Translations under genes and position numbers: made by a program
Notes under the pieces: model-generated
The model's input: only the letters and a program-made list of their open reading frames with translations
Told to the model about the DNA's origin: nothing
Database searches by the model: none
Shown here: one piece after another, positions 58,301 to 58,541 of the stretch
Position numbering within the stretch: position 1 is the stretch's first letter
Layout: each line of letters begins with the position of its first letter
NCBI GenBank assembly: GCA_002708695.1
Contig: PAOZ01000033.1
Location: 1 to 58,541 of the forward strand
DNA length: 58,541 bases
Origin: Methanobacteriota archaeon
GTDB lineage: Archaea; Thermoplasmatota; Poseidoniia; Poseidoniales; Thalassarchaeaceae
Direction of reading: 5' to 3'

Positions 58301-58413
58301 GTTTAAATGAATTTGGAATTGAAATTTCAGAAATGGCTAATATTAACGTAACATGTAGAGGAGAAATGTTAGTAACGTATAAGGATGGAGTGTCAACTAT
58401 AAAGTTATACTAA
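49330..58413 (+). CDS. Giant MCP paralog (3027 aa) with a ~2,525-aa insertion of beta-propeller-like repeats
   Basis: MCP N-terminus (aa 1-97, ..VDCIGDIYLALNVDFNIP) resumes at ~57196 (SKIIKRIEFTVGTQIWQ, AVIPLP, EVKVRV, PLDRFDNIRL). The insert holds 14 (S/A)+S.DG..+.+G motifs. Confidence 0.85.
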   Translation: MATGSFAAIASYNGTGTQGLAVVDKIKDDDEDDVMSVFWNKTDTDKQILHGSNILEIPTSTSNKQGTWGGSQTFSVNPEVDCIGDIYLALNVDFNIPESSLVEEQYPRTITTLLQKPSDPNHEFLNNTQPVGYSLRGTKKGDTEPKSSIIGYQQGFKRDESTSYDSNGIPSAYSQNGYPNRGEGDDEHWMELPAQRKTLKGIRTYYDTNPSSGEEPNELVNTGMLSKSDSVHMTTVDTQVNQPHDNSGNILEGFNNWINTSLIETANDNHLSAKVTDGPPPGRFPGVLTEEDANEIKHTGNEFLALDENGEFEIYNSEGVVASDLFKSYLNRNDIDNLVNYYNDSTTRSHPLETLNETSGLQDGEVKSITKNSFSINDQEVGNADFNGECVAISEDGNTMAVGQGFTISRDGLVTAGVKDVAHNAPWNTYTPAETPYGTWSHDNKVEGVPIGHYMKRPDNLSIDDTIRHIGKVRVYKKKKGIWMLSGVLHPPKSTFTPPKRPGINNTIVPGPQNGFANGNTIFTDPSSNGMTLEWTGKNQHSSVVNPDFTANTPTDLNAESTNFTGFTQGGLHGFTNNKYISINADGTRIVVAESNKNSGAPYNGWSGTFDYTETDGWKFINEGYVGRYSRADMDYKGIPGAWDVSLSGDGNSLASLDLRALAGNTINNRHACAPIEMIDYEKWKLGGSEDWDKFLPGDYDNIDEYVVDYDNYASITNPGAVIDGRFWQQSPITEENPQSVHKWKWAWFISEFGRRHRWDSNYDVNREGGIKTHSLSKSWARASLERILDSKTVPFSDFIRMRPRIGHRILQSPESTNMGDFFDLDPNNSNTEVTEDIPRGIKASNSGYMNSISFKDNGIKPSNPYEPSLSHKENFDIPRNTINTENQTNESGTTFPESTIPFNHYAYFKEAVFPGGGSEAYKPHPCNVWIRYWDPTNQGPNKDNIGGIGYNESDRINGWVNHKVDYIKDSGLFGRGDKDIWHQYIYRKILNLDEALKEHWVAFRNAGVGGWGSPGYTGKIHDYPLGAIGATLPPGTVSDGGADGLIGVGVYKWLHSPMSGGVAQDVGYVPPHGGDVIQGMAVPDVFLDTIIPLYADENMEQNETPPGYGEISRGRANWGYYGQNMEDEVSSEVPDDWPTKTDVHAMNVNPNYPFNRMSEFQLGIWDPSHPQHSHLQNLDYKIPEILNLYIRNTYIAGEPERWAAKGVKMSSDGNRIVYITDAPTPVDRRSLPLETYSPASGALGLNSIGGQITNMPTWPTPANCEVRVIEKNSEGNWVYMAHSSGDMYSGLNVPAGHEAIDMTMSSDGNTVAVYSKRPNLYPRWAWEEVRRLENGKPIEIELDPEEQAREIVYSQVGSNITPPTSDPYGWNYANGNLGSSIALSGNGTRLIIGAPVTTGGGEFGDNGDQWGNAYIYDWVITNGTGSWQLLPAYVHGDAPGSLCGSCVAINYDGTRFAVGSNDGVRVYESNFHEGSTPGQGYWTLDIIGPDPYGSLTGFTPASISMNGVGDRIVIGNPTKNGNAGEWKILFYNPTRPIDPGWYSPWGHYGGASSMTGLSVDMDDSGDRVIIGCGAASPEVWQYDKGVDSVWARVFSLGRLSSAHISNNDSVSISADGLIAAVGNSTYDSGGVTDRGAVIVFEIPYVVGVDAEYSEPSGSAHFSIRQQFEGGELDTGGTGEVIGRSVALNNNGTILSFGGVHYLSSVSSYYPNRGSIRTYLWDGNQYNSELIKGPHGQEVPGNYIVGDPQDMIAVANHEPSAPTSLSSHNTLSISADGLTIAAGLPLKNPDGEARVFKGVYSHLGAGSRPGSYFISVYPATSGLIQGGVFYLNDQLSPKLNFIYGNLYVFTWPNEYPLSFSTTPDGIHNGGVDYIPVDGTNVQPDSKGGIYSGPDPIYNIFQAVPGFGHTVIRAAKSMPTLYYYCKNQANMGNRITFQRAVPWVEPIPEDDYTVYNSFINDGLNDISRGVGEPAITIHSIVDGSWTQIGDTIYPSGYHDTGFRHRSVIGDPIVGSEAPVFESPLDFIDNHWKYPRMKYSLDLNSDGSRLVIGAPMNIPEDSGPKTVEYNVDVTSSTLINPISGTPFIIYSYEINDKIQPNLELVKLNTYKFKGKSFIQQPEFKVTLKIHYPSTVPSSTQGWQEYHSTIIQGHVQTQDYPPNLPGSNSTWPLVITSDNVFDSNHQYSQYYTAGGAPPTSNYFDVAKLEAAGMDFSSEKDVVYFPSHIQWAMFITGEFTKRTIVYLVIKDSLLNMGANGEGRDQDLSSWQFLGQDEDLVIASGASGSSAQGPWKLYKKIYEPGIYEYEFNWDISYHFYQESETQPIRPDPIIRFSTTPNGTHNSGVEYTKGVTIDLENNITTIEVSDDTPTLYYYSSQNDRMDGLVTILERTAKNSSDYYRTFNGVDEYIVPCGEVLVYDKNLDNTYTLKNRISKDNQHNKSDYSTTILTQLTGDVIPYTRTDSNGDLLPHSPYVEGITTIKTSIDYIGSGQDSGYRFGSSVSISGDGNTISIGAPETGVQTVDGSEVISGASDIANTFTYTATTAPVPGPKKKPGDKFAKALDVFNLVNQAQKRSNHDITDFSNLPDIGEPINWKKQFKEVPEGAILPPELDEYDNPQWASSDLKSKVNFPLSKIIKRIEFTVGTQIWQILEHDDILAINATELPESSYRRLGLQSHGFLRSDGTRESTKIDNWIPGKSYQAVIPLPVLTKTIGGQLENFTQNTEDGYLSFLAKDQEVKVRVFYSNFEDIWDVNEVFATKGFTAAIYNLENKQRGFGQYITNAPIPWKPDAILTSKLFGKHFIMAKEEKEYFKNNRGRFGKNIKSTSTPWKRNTTRTGNLFGKNIIMAMQKDTIIPKRVKSSQNVNKIFPRELYPDTKIIIDLDSFSLYSSHLIITSNFPSFSDKTKIPVLKSAELFLNSESFSGIMNASILKGITNKSLGLYSNEFNIDNLDTAAGNEYYVFPLASRAFGGSSIPLDRFDNIRLELMYTSPSLNEFGIEISEMANINVTCRGEMLVTYKDGVSTIKLY

Positions 58414-58493
58414 TAGTTTTAATAATAAACAGTCAATAAAAATAATATACGAATTTAATTTAAAAAAAAAATATATTCGTATATTAAATAAAA

Positions 58494-58541
58494 ATGTCTG
58501 GAGCTGTAGCTGCTCATGCTTCGTATAATGGAAGTGGGACC
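58494..58541 (+). CDS. 5' end of a third MCP-family gene, truncated by the window edge
   Basis: ATG 58494 translates MSGAVAAHASYNGSGT, matching MATGSFAAIASYNGTGT of 49330. Confidence 0.75.
   Translation, partial: MSGAVAAHASYNGSGT

Overview
This is a 58.5-kb segment of an AT-rich giant dsDNA virus (Nucleocytoviricota). Hallmark genes include family-B DNA polymerase, topoisomerase II, A32 packaging ATPase, TFIIB, a D6/D11-type SF2 helicase, an AEP primase, FEN1, YqaJ recombinase and double-jelly-roll major capsid protein (MCP) paralogs. The gene set looks Algavirales-like (inference; no RNA polymerase subunit is in the window). A type II restriction-modification pair and one tRNA-Lys(UUU) are also present. 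The main unusual signals are: (1) a candidate plastid-control set, namely a plastid-type sigma-70 factor, an LHC antenna protein and two small unknown proteins, all with signal peptide + aromatic-residue leaders resembling red-lineage bipartite plastid targeting; (2) a tandem MCP-paralog array in which one gene carries an in-frame insertion of about 2,500 aa with 14 beta-propeller-like repeats and GC-rich patches; (3) a left-end accessory region whose co-oriented genes are separated by a covarying hairpin repeat family, plus a ~380-bp imperfect inverted repeat; (4) a candidate 7TM chemoreceptor-like ion channel. All assignments come from reading motifs by eye; no searches were run. Where the ORF track used a TTG/GTG or implausibly upstream start, I moved the start to the likely ATG.
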